The notes under the pieces are model-generated. The model did not search any database. It saw only the letters and a list, made by a program, of their open reading frames with translations, and was not told where the DNA came from. 64,000 nucleotides of DNA, taken from assembly GCA_000004985.1 (NCBI GenBank), contig GG738854.1; one strand, 5' to 3'. The position numbers and the translations under genes were made by a program. This DNA comes from Naegleria gruberi. Taxonomy: Eukaryota. This document shows, piece after piece, positions 11,901-22,989 of this stretch. Position 1 is the first letter of the stretch; each line of letters begins with the position of its first letter.

Positions 11901-12993
11901 CAATCAAAGCCTAATGAGCTCAGAATTTATTCATGAGTGTTTGATACCTTATTTAGGCACTATCTTGAAAAAACCAGAAAGTATACCTTTTGTAGATCTA
12001 TTTTTGAAGAGAATTACAGAAAGATCACAACTTTTGTACATTAGAGACCAAGCACAAAGAACTATCAATTTAACTTTTGATAACTTTTCTTCCAGTGCTA
12101 ACGAACCAAACTTTTTAGTTATTTCAAGCTTCCAACTTTCTATTCAATTAACATTGATCGAGTTTGATTTATTCAGTATGATGGAACCTTATGAATTTTA
12201 CTCCAGTTATTGGCTATCAAAGAATCGTTTCAAGGTAAAAACACGAGATCCTTCAGCAAACCTTTCTCTCTTTATCAACTTTTACAATACTGTATCATTG
12301 TGGGTTACTGAAACTATCTTGTCCTATTCTGATATCAAAGATAGACACAAAGCCCTTTGTAGATTTATTTCATTGGCTTGGGGATGTTACTCTGTAAGAA
12401 ACTATAATGGATGTTTTGAAATTATCAGTGGTTTATATTCCAATGAAGTTTATAGACTTAGCAAGACATGGTCCATGTTGAGTGAAGAATATTTGAAACG
12501 AGCTCAAACCCTTATTGATCTGACAAGTGTTGCCAACAATTACAGAAACTACAGAGAAGAATTAAAGACAGCAAAGAAACCATGCATTCCAAATATTGCT
12601 GTTCACTTGAAAGATTTAGCAGCAGTTGATGATTCTCAGGAAGATGAAAGAAAATTAACAGAAGAAGAAATGAGACTTTTGGCAGAAAATGATGAATTTT
12701 GCCAACAAGTATTCATCGGAAGAACTCTTGATGAAGATATTGAATACAACTTTAGCAAGAGAAGACTCCAATCAACTTTAATCTGTCAATTATTAAGATA
12801 TCAAAAGACTTCCTATCCATTCAAAGCCAACGATACTCTCAAACATTTCATATGGCGTAATTTACTTCGCATCAATGAAGACATCAGAAGACAAATGGAA
12901 GATAAAAAGATTACCATTGAAAAGTACATCCAAGAGAGAAAGAGACAATTCCTAGTCAAATCCAAACAACTCGAACCAAAATCTACAAGATGA
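8938..12993 (+). CDS. Ras guanine-nucleotide exchange factor (Cdc25-type RasGEF), 1351 aa, with a long S/T/N-rich N-terminal low-complexity region
   Basis: RasGEF catalytic-domain motifs are present: LIEFDLFSMMEPYEFY, RFISLAWGCYSVRNYNGCFEIISGL and CIPNIAVHLKDLAAVDD. A RasGEF N-terminal-like region lies upstream. Continuous ORF. Confidence 0.8.
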   Translation: MKTVTSNKRGLMKRTATFHNNNSSPTTTTPNTLDSSTTPTTPSNDSQSGRESSGSKIVKRVVKRQITNNSTTTNNNPSNSTSLLSSSLQQGSSSTIPIGGSVNSNHHHDNSTSSSPPSAISRSWHHSRKTKLSSSSNIVGSVGNNGEFSPSSPTISSSFNNNSFSPNYNNNNSPSSSLPHSNSFQSKLSFKKSNTIKNKASPTNGVDQQQSSSTSIGGGNGRITSPGFYREGDLDEGDVLFARKTEGSERSSNAQSSDTNDEGTTDDDEENGGRRAQDQSEGSWDRSAPFRVHQDSSSTRKKTNYQPPALLNRKIIPPSELYGASLAASIMDNSSLMNASVGSMEGKMVEEAVESDPESFSSGEESSYSHNNFTEELSNSQLQQLSMKHSPSSPILASSPRTLDIPLNSPLSSSPMQKIAMTHSKSSSDINTARSNQHTKGMYYRMMTGGNHTQRKKQYRKLVTKKNIFGLPVTFSKPAPVTTTDYQDEEYVKEMTTTKDKNKKPVVNSQLKKIDDSQDKLEDVQDKLALFHKIQYAPEDMPLSPGRSFLDTTPRKIEKPEKKDDKKQKQEVQTPTTPKPTNAPTVKKHFYKVNTGTCTSIPSTVPLNTDNIDKKQFELVYWSTYKDLAEDEYLIEKFFVSNFSAMDLLYKLFYNNPDDTNRKRKFKELYNGHLITEQMEQLRDIFKQVSKIRMCTLVKKRDERLENNQKLHEEKIMQDYDSSSSDDDVDLVINEKGEIDNVFSMKNLMNNFDQNILAEINKTSKTSRNQRNITINSETLTSEISKSSHLTLKDLENEERFNISAKITGDTKIEFYTIRNWLTKILACSITRKKREMSTILPIQPREEREERIESFSASPVTATLLNIASERNEWANEETYTYTNTNTNTNTNTDSDYSDPNHLQRWKRKSVLRKGPLENNTPKLEMQPTELLDYMMALSCSASTLFDTLDEWEVRIHALFAFLETLTLQTPHQINCILVFLGDLILYNQSLMSSEFIHECLIPYLGTILKKPESIPFVDLFLKRITERSQLLYIRDQAQRTINLTFDNFSSSANEPNFLVISSFQLSIQLTLIEFDLFSMMEPYEFYSSYWLSKNRFKVKTRDPSANLSLFINFYNTVSLWVTETILSYSDIKDRHKALCRFISLAWGCYSVRNYNGCFEIISGLYSNEVYRLSKTWSMLSEEYLKRAQTLIDLTSVANNYRNYREELKTAKKPCIPNIAVHLKDLAAVDDSQEDERKLTEEEMRLLAENDEFCQQVFIGRTLDEDIEYNFSKRRLQSTLICQLLRYQKTSYPFKANDTLKHFIWRNLLRINEDIRRQMEDKKITIEKYIQERKRQFLVKSKQLEPKSTR
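11583..11625 (+). repeat. Coding microsatellite (ACN-AAY)n encoding TNTNTNTNTN inside the RasGEF gene
   Basis: Imperfect hexanucleotide repeat accaacaccaataccaatactaacactaatact. Confidence 0.7.
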
Positions 12994-13227
12994 AGCCATC
13001 ATGACTAGCCGTTACATTTAAAATTTAAAAAAAAAGAACAACAATTTTTACCCTTTTGTACAATAAACACCTGTTCCATTAGAAGCCCTTCATCCTTCAT
13101 CATCATCATGCCTGTTGATTTGTACTCTATTAGATATATTGATTGTTCCGAATGGGAGAAGAGGTAAGCATGAATGATTATCAACTTCTTTACAACTATA
13201 TGTATCGATAATAACATTGCTGATGGA

Positions 13228-13923
13228 ATGGTAAATAGCATTAGAGGAACCTTCAAGTTCTCTGCTTTTATTGTTCCTCACGATGATGTACTGAAAAAAG
13301 TTTGTCCATATGATAAGATACCACTAGGTTAGTTAATAACATACTCAAACTAATTACTAACCCTATGATTGTAGATGTGTCACTTGTTCATGTGGCAGAT
13401 TACAGTCAATACTTTGATATTCATGATAATCCAAGAGCCTTACTCTCTATTCAGGCTCCATCATCAAAGAGAGAAACAAATCAATTACAACAACAATCGA
13501 AAGGTATTTACTAATATTAGAGGACTTTACTAACCCTTTTTCAAAGATAATAGCTCACTTTCTTTCCATCCTTTGGATTACGTCTTTTCCAGTGAGATTA
13601 GATATGAGCTATTTCTATATTGTGATGATCAACTGTTATTGCAGAGGTTTATTTCACCATATGAATGGATTCCAAACTCTCAAAAACAAGGTAAACATGT
13701 TGATCAAACTATTGGACATTACAATCAATTAAAGATTCAATTCAAGTTTGTGAGTGAAGGTAAGGCAAGTGCTACATTAACGAGGAGAGAGAAACTCAAA
13801 TCAAGTAACGAAATTGCAGCAGATTGTAAGAGAAGAAAATTGGAGAATACATCTAATGAAATCAATAACCAATTTTATCAAATTCAAAAGATTACTTTCC
13901 ATTTTAGTTTGTGGGATTATTGA
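13228..13923 (+). CDS. Hypothetical protein, three exons
   Basis: ATG at 13228. Introns at 13328..13374 (GTTAGT donor, TACTAAC branch, TAG acceptor) and 13504..13546 (GTATTT donor, TACTAAC branch, AAG acceptor) restore a single frame that ends at 13923. The product is about 215 aa with no recognisable domain. The antisense ORFs 13005..13281 are probably shadows. Confidence 0.45.
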
Positions 13924-14033
13924 AAATGATTAAGACCTAGGAAATCTAAGAATGTACATAATATTAAACTAACTAAATTATTTTATTGTAAGTTAAACTC
14001 TTAATTGAAAATTCAAAAACTTATTCCATCTTT

Positions 14034-15179
14034 TTAACAAATCAACGTTGCCTTATACACATTCTGAACTTCTGCAGCATTCAATGCAGAATTAAAGTAC
14101 AAAATGTTAGCCATGGAACCTGCCCAGTAATAATTGCTTGCACATGCTCCACCATAACATCCAAACACTAATCTGTTAGTTGGTGAACCCGCTGCCCCAG
14201 CAAAGGTCTTTTGCAATGCTCCATCGACATACAAGTCAACTGTTGATGTCTTGAAAACCAAAGCAATATGATGCCAAACATCTGATGTGAAAATTGCATC
14301 ACTAGTTCCCAATTTAGTGTTACCATATGCATACAAACTGAAGGCTTGAGCACTAAACTCAATATATGGACCTCCCGTTCCCACAGACCAAGCAATACCA
14401 GTATTAGCATTATTCTTCTTCATCCATAAAGCCAAAGTTTGACTAGGGCCAAAGGCAATGTTGGTAGTAGAAGATAATCCTGTATTCACTCCATTAAAGA
14501 CAACACTCTTTGGAGCACCATTTGGAACATCAGTGGATGAATATGAGATAGTTCCGTAAGCTGTCAAATCTAAACCAAAGTCATCTTGACCATTAGAATT
14601 GACCAATTGATACTTGTGAATAAGAGTTGGGAGACTGGTACAAGTGGTATTCTGACAATAGGAACCATAATAAGGAGATGTACAATTACAAGTATTAGGT
14701 GAAATACAAGAACCTCTTCCAGAACAAACGCTCGACTTGTTTGTAGAGGAAATTCCAAAACATGTTGGAACGTTACAAGTTGGAAAGTTTGTGTAACCAT
14801 CTGCACACGAATCACAATCCATTCCAACAGTGGTAGCACATCTTGCATCGATAGCAGAAATTTCCAAATCCAAGGAGGAAATGGCTGTCTTTAACTTGTC
14901 AAGTTGTTTAACACGAGTATTGAGAATGATAGTTGTACTATTAGTGAGAGTACTATTAAGCAAGGCAATACCCTTCGATAACTTTTCATAACTCGACATG
15001 AGGTTTCCCCTTTCAGTTTTCAAATCTGCAAGGAATTTTCTCACTCCACAATCACTGTTATTAGTACATACTGCAGTGCATTGTATCATGAAGGTTCCTA
15101 ACAGCCAAGCACAAAATGAAAGCAGCGCAATAGAGTAGTAAATACTGTTCGATTGAGCACGGTGATGTTTGTTAAACAT
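14034..15179 (-). CDS. Signal-anchored or secreted protein with a cysteine-rich EGF-like region and a C-terminal concanavalin-A-like (laminin G / pentraxin-like) lectin domain
   Basis: N-terminal hydrophobic anchor. A C-rich stretch includes CDSCADGYTNFPTCNVPTC and CSGRGSCISPNTCNCTSPYYGSYCQ. The block DVWHHIALVF..LYVDG is typical of ConA-like/LamG folds. Confidence 0.55.
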   Translation of the reverse strand: MFNKHHRAQSNSIYYSIALLSFCAWLLGTFMIQCTAVCTNNSDCGVRKFLADLKTERGNLMSSYEKLSKGIALLNSTLTNSTTIILNTRVKQLDKLKTAISSLDLEISAIDARCATTVGMDCDSCADGYTNFPTCNVPTCFGISSTNKSSVCSGRGSCISPNTCNCTSPYYGSYCQNTTCTSLPTLIHKYQLVNSNGQDDFGLDLTAYGTISYSSTDVPNGAPKSVVFNGVNTGLSSTTNIAFGPSQTLALWMKKNNANTGIAWSVGTGGPYIEFSAQAFSLYAYGNTKLGTSDAIFTSDVWHHIALVFKTSTVDLYVDGALQKTFAGAAGSPTNRLVFGCYGGACASNYYWAGSMANILYFNSALNAAEVQNVYKATLIC

Positions 15180-15619
15180 TTTTTCTGTTTTGATTTGAGC
15201 CGTACAAATTCCTTGGTCCTGTTATTACTGTGCTAGAGTGATAAAACCCTTCAGTCTTGTTGGGCCACAACAAACTTGCCAACCTTGAAAGTCGCGTCTA
15301 TTACATGATTGCATCTCCCTTAATGATTCGCATGTATTGAGTATTGTCTTAATAAGTATTCTTTTATCTTTTAAGGAACTATATCCGTATTACTGTAGCG
15401 TCTTTTTGAACGCAAAGACTTTCTCAATCGCATAGAAAACCATGATGATTCACCAATCACCACCTTAAATAATAACTCTATTAGAATGTACAAGACAGTT
15501 GTTGCAGTTTCCTTCCAACTTGTTAAAAATATCTAAAAACCTCATCATCATGATGTTGAATATATGTTGTTCTTATTAATAATTGTCAACAAAAGGAGTA
15601 TCCCTAAATCCTCGGAAAT

Positions 15620-16889
15620 TTGATGAATAACCGATCATATGTGAATGGCAGTTTGAGCATTTTCATCAAATATTTTGAAAAAATCAAAAAAATATTTAAA
15701 AAATTGTTTTTTAAAAAAATGCATCTTCCTCCGAGTAGCACTTACATCATTGGTGCTAATTATCCATTTGCACCAGCCTTTAATTATTACTCTCTGAGTG
15801 ATAACGGAGGAGCTTTTAATAGCAATAATATTACTAATAATACAGATTGTTTTCCTGTTAAAGATGGATATCATTATATTCCGTGGATGTTGAACGCTTT
15901 GGGAGAATGTATTAGAACACCAACAGAACAAGCAAGTTTCTGGATTGGTTTGAGTAGTATTGGTTTTTGGTTATTTGCAAATTTACCACAAATTATTGAA
16001 AATTATAGAAAATCTAATGCCGACAGTTTGGCTCCAGCATTCTTGTTCCAATGGATTTTGGGAGATTCTCTCAATTTAATTGGTTCAATTCTTGCTAATC
16101 AATTACCAACTCAAATTGCTACTGCTGTTTATTACGTTTGCATGGATGTAATTTTAATTGCTCAATTTATTTATTACACAATTAAGAATAGGAGGAAGAA
16201 GCAAAGAGAAGAATTGACAGGAATTAATGAATCAGACCATTTGATTCAAGATGACTCAAAACAAAAATCATACGGAAAGATTATGGCTTTCTCTGCCTTC
16301 TTCTTAACAGCTGGTTTTTATTTAATGCAATCTCAAATGTCATCAGAGGGTGTTATGAATTCTTCATTCAGTACTGGTAGAAAATTATTATCTGAAAGCC
16401 AACAAGATATTGAAGATGGTAAATATTGGCCTATCTATGGTGTTGATATTGCTGGTTACGTCATTGGTTCATTGAGTACTTGTTTGTATTTAGGTTCTAG
16501 AATTCCACAAATTATTAAGAATGTAAGTTTTATTTAACACTAGTTCACTAACTTGTGGGAAATAGTTCCAGAGAAGATCTACCGAAGGTTTATCACCAAT
16601 TTTGTTCATTTGTGCCTTTTTGGGTAACTCCACTTATGCTGGTTCTCTTTTCCTCTATTCTGTTAGTTGGCAATTCATCTTGTCCAGAGTAAGTATTCTT
16701 TATTGAAACACATTTGTTAATTTAAAATTTAATAGCTCCCTTGGATCATTGGTAGTGCTGGTGTTTTGGTTATGGATTTGTTAATTCTTTTGCAATTCCT
16801 TTTCTTCAACGTAATTCTTAAGAGAAAGATTGAAGGAGGAGCAGAAGAAGGTTTTGAAAAATTGGAAGAGGAAGAAACTTCAGAGCAAT
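15620..16889 (+). CDS. PQ-loop repeat transporter (cystinosin / lysosomal cationic amino-acid exporter PQLC2/Ypq-like), three exons
   Basis: Exons span 15620..16522, 16566..16688 and 16736..16889. Introns lie at 16523..16565 (GTAAGT donor, CTAAC branch) and 16689..16735 (GTAAGT donor). Two PQ-loop motifs are present, one near WILGDSLNLIGSILANQLPTQI and one at LSPILFICAFLGNSTYAGSLF. The protein has 7 TM helices. Confidence 0.75.
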
Positions 16890-16967
16890 AAGTTCATTTC
16901 ATTTCAAAATATATAAAAAATTAATTAATTTATTTTAGAAATTTATTTTATTTAGGATTTATATAAA

Positions 16968-19900
16968 TTAGTTGTTGGTAATCTTAATATTGACTGTTGA
17001 AGATTCAGTTAGCATATCACAACTTCCAGAACCAAGTGGAGTGAGATAGTACTTGCCTGCATCATATAAGGCACTCATGGCAGAAACAACTTCAGAACCA
17101 GAAATCTCACATTCATAAACTTCATTGCTAAGTGCAAGAGTTGGAAGGGAGGTAGCATACTTGGAGGTTCTAATTTGAACATCAATTAAAGTTTCTTGAT
17201 AAGTCATACCATACTTGTAGAGAGAGTGAACTCCAGAATCAGTGGTGTGATAATAGAGACTCTTAATCTTGTTAGTATCAGCAGAATTGAGGTCACAAGC
17301 AGTAATGGTAGAATTATCACCAGAGAGAGAAAGCTTGAAGAGACCTTGTTCCAATTTTTCATTCAAAGAAACCTTCAAAGTTAAAGTAGTGTAATTGTAA
17401 TTATCATCAAAGGTATTTACAACATTGAAAATATCCAATTGCTTCAAGTGGAGATGGTATGAAGTGTACTTGCTTGAAGTAGTACCGCTCCACATAACAA
17501 ATTCACATTTGTAAGTTGAGCATGATTCTCTGTGGAAAGCAATTGATGAATCCATACCATAATAACTCTTGTAAGTGGACAAGACTGAACGAACACTGAT
17601 ACCATCGAATGATTGCATTGTGATTGATGAAAGTGAGTTGGCAAGATCAAAGGTGACAGATTTACCAGCAACACCATCAATTGACAAAGCAGTAGTAACA
17701 TCGGTGCTTTGAGCTGTAATGGCAGCACCTCCAATCTTTGTGTTTTGAGCGTATTTGATCTTTCTTGGAGTAGTTGAAGTGAAACCACTTGAAGCAATGG
17801 CAATAATGATAACAAGAGCCAAAGCAAGACCATTAACAATCAAAACCTTACCAAAGTTAGCAGCACGATGCATTGATGGCATGTATGAGATAGTCATTAA
17901 GAAAATAATCAAACCAATTGCAGAACCAATCATGGCACCACTAACTGGATAATTAGCACGTGACATTAATGGAATAAGCATGTGTGAGAATCTATCAAGA
18001 ATATCAATTGTGACAGTCAATGGTGGCCAACTGGCAATAGCCATGAAAATGAACCAATACAATTGATGGTAGTGAAGGGCATGGAAGAAATCTTTCCATG
18101 TGAATGATGAAAGTTGTGAAGCAATTTCATGTCTCAAATTTCTCTTCTTAGCCAACTTGTTAAGATAAGAGCTGTCATCCTTTGACAATTCGTCTTCCTT
18201 CTTCTTTCTTCTAAGTTCCAAGAACTTCTTTCTCTTATTAACATCATCACCAGCTTCAGTCAATTCTTCAGTCATGGTAGCACCCATAGCTTCTAATGCC
18301 TTAGCACGAGTCTTATTTCTTACAATCAAATAGGTCCACATAATAACACGATCCAAAACCAATAAAATGATGAGCATACCACTCAAACAGAAAGACCAGA
18401 AATAGACAATGTAGAATGACTTCAATTGAGTACACAATGAAGCAGCTGTCAATAAACCCCAGAAGAATGTAAGAGCAAGATATCTTTCCTTATCAATAGC
18501 ATAAACCAAAGTTTGAGCAGCAGTATTTTCACCAGCCTTCAATTCACTCTTATCCTTCATTGAAACTCTGTACATTTTGAAACAACCACAACCTGAAATG
18601 ACAGCATTACCAATGACGTGAACACCGTATTGAGCTAAAAACATACCCAACAAGGTTGGTAAAGCAAATAAAAAGATAGCCAACACTGGATCTCTATACC
18701 ATGGCATGTGTTGAATACCATCCACTATGGCACCCAGAACTGCCGCAAATAAAATACCAAAACCAAGAGACAATACATAACCACCCAAATAGAGAACCAA
18801 ATATAATAAACGAGCTTGCAAACCAGTAGTACTCTTCTTAAATAATTGATAAACAGATGAAGTATCATGATAACGAAGTGAAATCATGTGATCAATGATA
18901 ACCAAAACAATAGGTAAAACCAAATCAACAACTACAATGATACCTTGAATAGCTTGACTCCATCCAAAACTCAAATTAATTGTAAAACCACCCAAAATAT
19001 CAAAATAAACAATATCAGCATCATAATTAGCTTCATATTCAGTATTGGATTCTTCCATAATCTTTTCATTTCTGGTAACTGAAAGAATTTGAGCCAAAAC
19101 ATTGTCACCCAAATGTTGTAAAGTCTTTTCACCAACAACGTCATATGTATCAAACTTGGTTCCATAATAATAACCATCCCAATAGTATGCATAATCCATA
19201 CCCTTCAAATAAAACTTTGGTAAAGTAGTATTACGATAATCTCTACTAGAAAAGACATCATAATCATTAGTATAGGTAGTTAATCTACTTAATTCATAAC
19301 CAATTACTGAAATATATGGATGAACATTACCATATTCACCAATAATTGATTGATCTGTCATTCTAGAAACCATTGCCTTTCCACCACTTCCTACAGAATC
19401 TAAATTAACAAAACGAAGACACTTCTTTGACCATTGATGATTTTTCATAAAGGCAACAGTTGCTTCTGGAGTTGATTGAGTACTTCCACCACCAAAGAAG
19501 AAAACAACTGGATAAGTAGGTCCAGTAGTTGTGTCCTGACTAATCAAATTGTAAATCAATTCTAACATGGTTGCAACTCCAGAGGCAGCACTTGATGCAC
19601 CAGCACTAAATTCCACTGAATCATAATGTGAGGCAACAAGGAATGAATGCATATCATCAACATTTTGTGTTGTTGTTTTAGGAGTGACACGAACAAGGAC
19701 ATTACTAAATTGGTGATAATCTTGTTTTTGAACTTCTAAACCATAACTTCCAGTTGTTTTCTATTTTTTCAAATTCAAATTCAAAATCATCATCATTATA
19801 TGATTTGCAACAATATTTTTGTATTATTAGTATTAACAGTTAATAATATTTTGTAAACAATGTTGTATTAACATTTTACAATTATTACAACAACAATAAC

Positions 19901-20286
19901 AACAGGATAACAATAACAAATCAATAACAACAATAATAATTAATAAAACTTGAAATATATAAACAATAACAACTTACACTTGCCCAAGTATTAGTTAAAT
20001 TATAAATATAATCACGAGCTGTCAAGGCAGCAAGTGAACCTGGAACTCTAACAATTGGTTTATCATTATTAGTAGTTAAAGCTTTTAAATAAATTCTTGC
20101 TCTATCTTCAGAGAAACTTGTAGCAACTGTTGATTGTTCTAAATAAAATGGCATTTGACGTCCACCGAGTAAACCAATTAAAATAGCACTACCAAAAAGT
20201 AAAACTGGTATGAACAACCATATACATGGTGCATACAGGAAGTTACTTGGATACAATGTAAAGCACCAGTAACGAAGCGAAAACAT
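16968..20286 (-). CDS. M28-family ER metallopeptidase (ERMP1/FXNA-like) with a multi-pass TM C-terminal half, two exons
   Basis: Exon 1 spans 20286..19978 and exon 2 spans 19760..16968. The intron at 19761..19977 is 217 nt, AT-rich and carries a (CAA/TAA)n repeat. It has a GTAAGT donor and TAG acceptor and is in frame. M28 hallmarks include ARDYIY, HSFLVASHYDS and VVFFFGGGS. About 9 TM helices follow. Confidence 0.75.
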
Positions 20287-20627
20287 TTTTTTTTAATTTA
20301 TTTTTGACGTTTGGCAGGATGATGGCGCCCAAATAGCTAATTTGTCAACAAAGCTAATTTTGAGTCTATCAAAGTGCAATGGAAAGGAATTGGAGAGATT
20401 TGAGTACCGATAATGGATCTCTCTTTAAACTTGCGATAACACCATGGTGATTGTGCTGGTTGACTAAACAAGAATTGAAAATGATTCATTTTGGAATTGT
20501 TAACTGCGAGTAGAGAATGGATCATATTCAATCTCTAGTTTGAAATAAATTTATTTGATTTCTTGTTCAATCGATTGACACTTGGCATTAAAAAAACATC
20601 ATAACCAAATTGACAGATCCCTTGCTC

Positions 20628-21689
20628 TTAAATCTTGAAAATGAATGTTTCAAACAGTGGTCTAAATGCATCCAATTCCTTAATATCTGCAGTGTTATCA
20701 TATGATGCTGAATTAATTTTACCAATATCAAGATATTTCAATGAAAGTGAAATACTCTTATTTAGTATGAGAGATTTACAACTTTCCAAATCTGATGATG
20801 CTCTTATGATTAATTTTTCGAGTTGGAGTGTACATTTGATATTGGAAACAGAATTCAAAATTTTTGGTAGTTCAATTTTCAAATATTTCAGATTTGACCA
20901 AACTGGATTATTGAGAATGATTGAAAATCCTTCATCCCAATTTTTCAAAATTGAATTAAGAAATGGAGCAATGACAAGCTTTTTCAATTTGGAGAATAGT
21001 TGATTATTGCACATTAATTGAATATCTTCCAATGTTACTAATTCCCATTTCAAAATTAATGCGGTTAAATTGATTAAACAATTAGTTCCAGAGCTAACGC
21101 TACCAAAATTGGTAAAACTATTACTTTGCAAATTCAGAGTTTTGAGATTTCTCAAAACTTTACTATTGAAAATATCCGAAAGTCCTCTATTTGTAAACTT
21201 GTGATTGATAATTGTCAAATTTTCCAACTTGGCAAATATTTCACAATTAGCTATTAATCCAATCTCATTTACGAGTCTGTTTGCTGGATCAGTAAAGTCA
21301 CCATCAAATAATTCCTCCATTGATTCCTGATATTCCAAATATAGAGTCTTTAAATTTCTCAAATGAGGATTTTCAACGAATCTTCTAAAACTTTCCACAA
21401 CAGTCAACTTGTTATCGAATATTTCCAAGTCAGAAACATGCTCCATCAAAATGTGATCGGTAATTTTAAATAAATTATCGTGAACATCACTAAAGTATTG
21501 TAGGTTGATTGACCGAAAGTGTTGACTTGCTGCTAACCATGATTTGGAGATTATTCGAAATTTGAGAGCCTCTTTTCCTCCTATCATTTCCATCATGATA
21601 AGACAAATCTCTGGTTGCATTTTTTTAATGTTTAACAAGTTCAGGGAAGTTTCTAATAGAAATTTAGTCCAAGAAATGGTGTTGAGCAA
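20628..21689 (-). CDS. F-box/LRR-repeat protein
   Basis: N-terminal F-box-like segment ICLIMMEMIGGKEALKFRIISKSWLAA. Repeated L-x-x-L-x-L LRR-like units follow (LKTLYLEY, LRNLKTLNLQSN, LKKLVIAPF). Confidence 0.5.
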   Translation of the reverse strand: MLNTISWTKFLLETSLNLLNIKKMQPEICLIMMEMIGGKEALKFRIISKSWLAASQHFRSINLQYFSDVHDNLFKITDHILMEHVSDLEIFDNKLTVVESFRRFVENPHLRNLKTLYLEYQESMEELFDGDFTDPANRLVNEIGLIANCEIFAKLENLTIINHKFTNRGLSDIFNSKVLRNLKTLNLQSNSFTNFGSVSSGTNCLINLTALILKWELVTLEDIQLMCNNQLFSKLKKLVIAPFLNSILKNWDEGFSIILNNPVWSNLKYLKIELPKILNSVSNIKCTLQLEKLIIRASSDLESCKSLILNKSISLSLKYLDIGKINSASYDNTADIKELDAFRPLFETFIFKI

Positions 21690-21787
21690 TCAAAGATAAG
21701 AATTGTGCAAACATCTTTTTTTTATAATTTAATACTGGGTTCTCACACGTTTATTTTTCAAAATTGTTTAAAGAATGAATTATTCTC

Positions 21788-22989
21788 TTAATTCTTCTTC
21801 TTGTGTTCCTTTTTCTTTTCAGGAACATACTTGTCAACCTTAATTGGGGAACAAACCTTCTTCTTCTTGGCACAGACAGATTCTTCACCATACTTGACAC
21901 ATTTCTTGTGACCACCAACGAATTGATACTTGGCACAGACCTTATAACCAGGTGACTTCTTGACACACTTCTTCCAGTGCTTCTTCTTGATACATCTTGA
22001 TTTGGTTTGATGATATTGAGTACAGAAGTTGACAGCCTTATAGTTAGCACAGAATTTACGTTCCTTGAACTTTTCACAAACTCTTACTCTCTTCTTGAAA
22101 TCACAGAATTGATTTTGACTCCACTTGGTACAGAAACGAGCCTTCTTTTGAGCAACACAGAACTTTCTATCAATGAATTTAACACATCTCTTAGTGTAAC
22201 CCTTCTTGAGACTGAATTTAACCTTATTGTATCTGACACACTTCTTAGTCTTGGTATATTTGGCACAAATCTTATGACACTTTTGTTGACAGAAAGCATG
22301 ATAATAAGTATCAGTCCATCCCTTGTAATGTTTACCGTTAACCTTCTTCCATCCCTTTTGGCATTTACAGACTTTCTTGTAGGCAGAACAGTAAGCATCG
22401 AGCTTGTATTCAGCACATCTCTTCTTGTAGTGATATCCGACCTTTGGAACATTAATGAATTTGGCACAGACATTTGACTTGTCATACTTGGTACAAACGA
22501 AATGATAAGCATATTCATCACAAGCATTGTTCTTGCCCTTATGTTCACACAAATTCTTCCATGTTGACTTGATACAATACTTTTCAGTCTTGTGCTTGTC
22601 ACAAACTTGCTTGTAACCTTTGAAAAAGTTTACAAAAATTGTAATATTTCAAATAACTTACCATGACCCAAACACAAGTTTCTAGACTTGGAATACTTAT
22701 CACACTTGCTAAATCTCTTATATTTCAAACACTTTCCTTTGCCAACCAACTTCCAATCACAGCACTCTTTCTTAGTTCCAATCCATTCATAATCTGAACA
22801 CTTTCCCTGGACAGTCTTGTAATGAGTACACTTCTTGTAACAGAATTGTTGATGTTCTCCGTAAGTATCAACATTCTTTGCTGGTTCTGGTTTACTTGGA
22901 TTTGCCAAGACCAAAGCAGCGAATGCAAGAGCAATGCACAAGCTTATTATGAATTTTGTTTTCATTTTGTTTTTTTGATATGTTTCCAA
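21788..22989 (-). CDS. Secreted Lys/Cys-rich tandem-repeat protein of about 385 aa, two exons. Effector-like and basic. No known family.
   Basis: Exon 1 spans 22989..22662 and starts with the signal peptide MKTKFIISLCIALAFAALVLA. The intron at 22618..22661 has a GTAAGT donor and AAG acceptor. Exon 2 spans 22617..21788. The mature protein is a periodic array of short C-x-K-[YF]-like units (CTKYDKSNVCAKF, CAKYTKTKKCVRY, CVKFIDRKFCVAQKKARFC...) and ends in a K-rich tail. Confidence 0.6.

Noticed and set aside
13005-13281. Minus-strand ORFs 13005..13256 and 13090..13281
   Set aside because: They overlap exon 1 of a plus-strand three-exon gene whose introns have canonical GT..TACTAAC..AG signals. 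The minus ORFs lack such support.
17444-17839. Antisense or alternate-frame ORFs within the ERMP1-like gene (17196..17384, 17444..17839, 17755..17952, 18971..19192)
   Set aside because: Embedded in a long, well-supported M28 peptidase coding region. Their compositions are leucine-rich shadows.
22007-22602. ORFs 22007..22477 (+) and 22084..22602 (-) overlapping the K/C-rich secreted protein gene
   Set aside because: These are shadow ORFs generated by the repetitive AAG/TGT-rich coding strand. Their translations are low-complexity (L/S/T/R-rich) and out of frame with the signal-peptide-containing exon.
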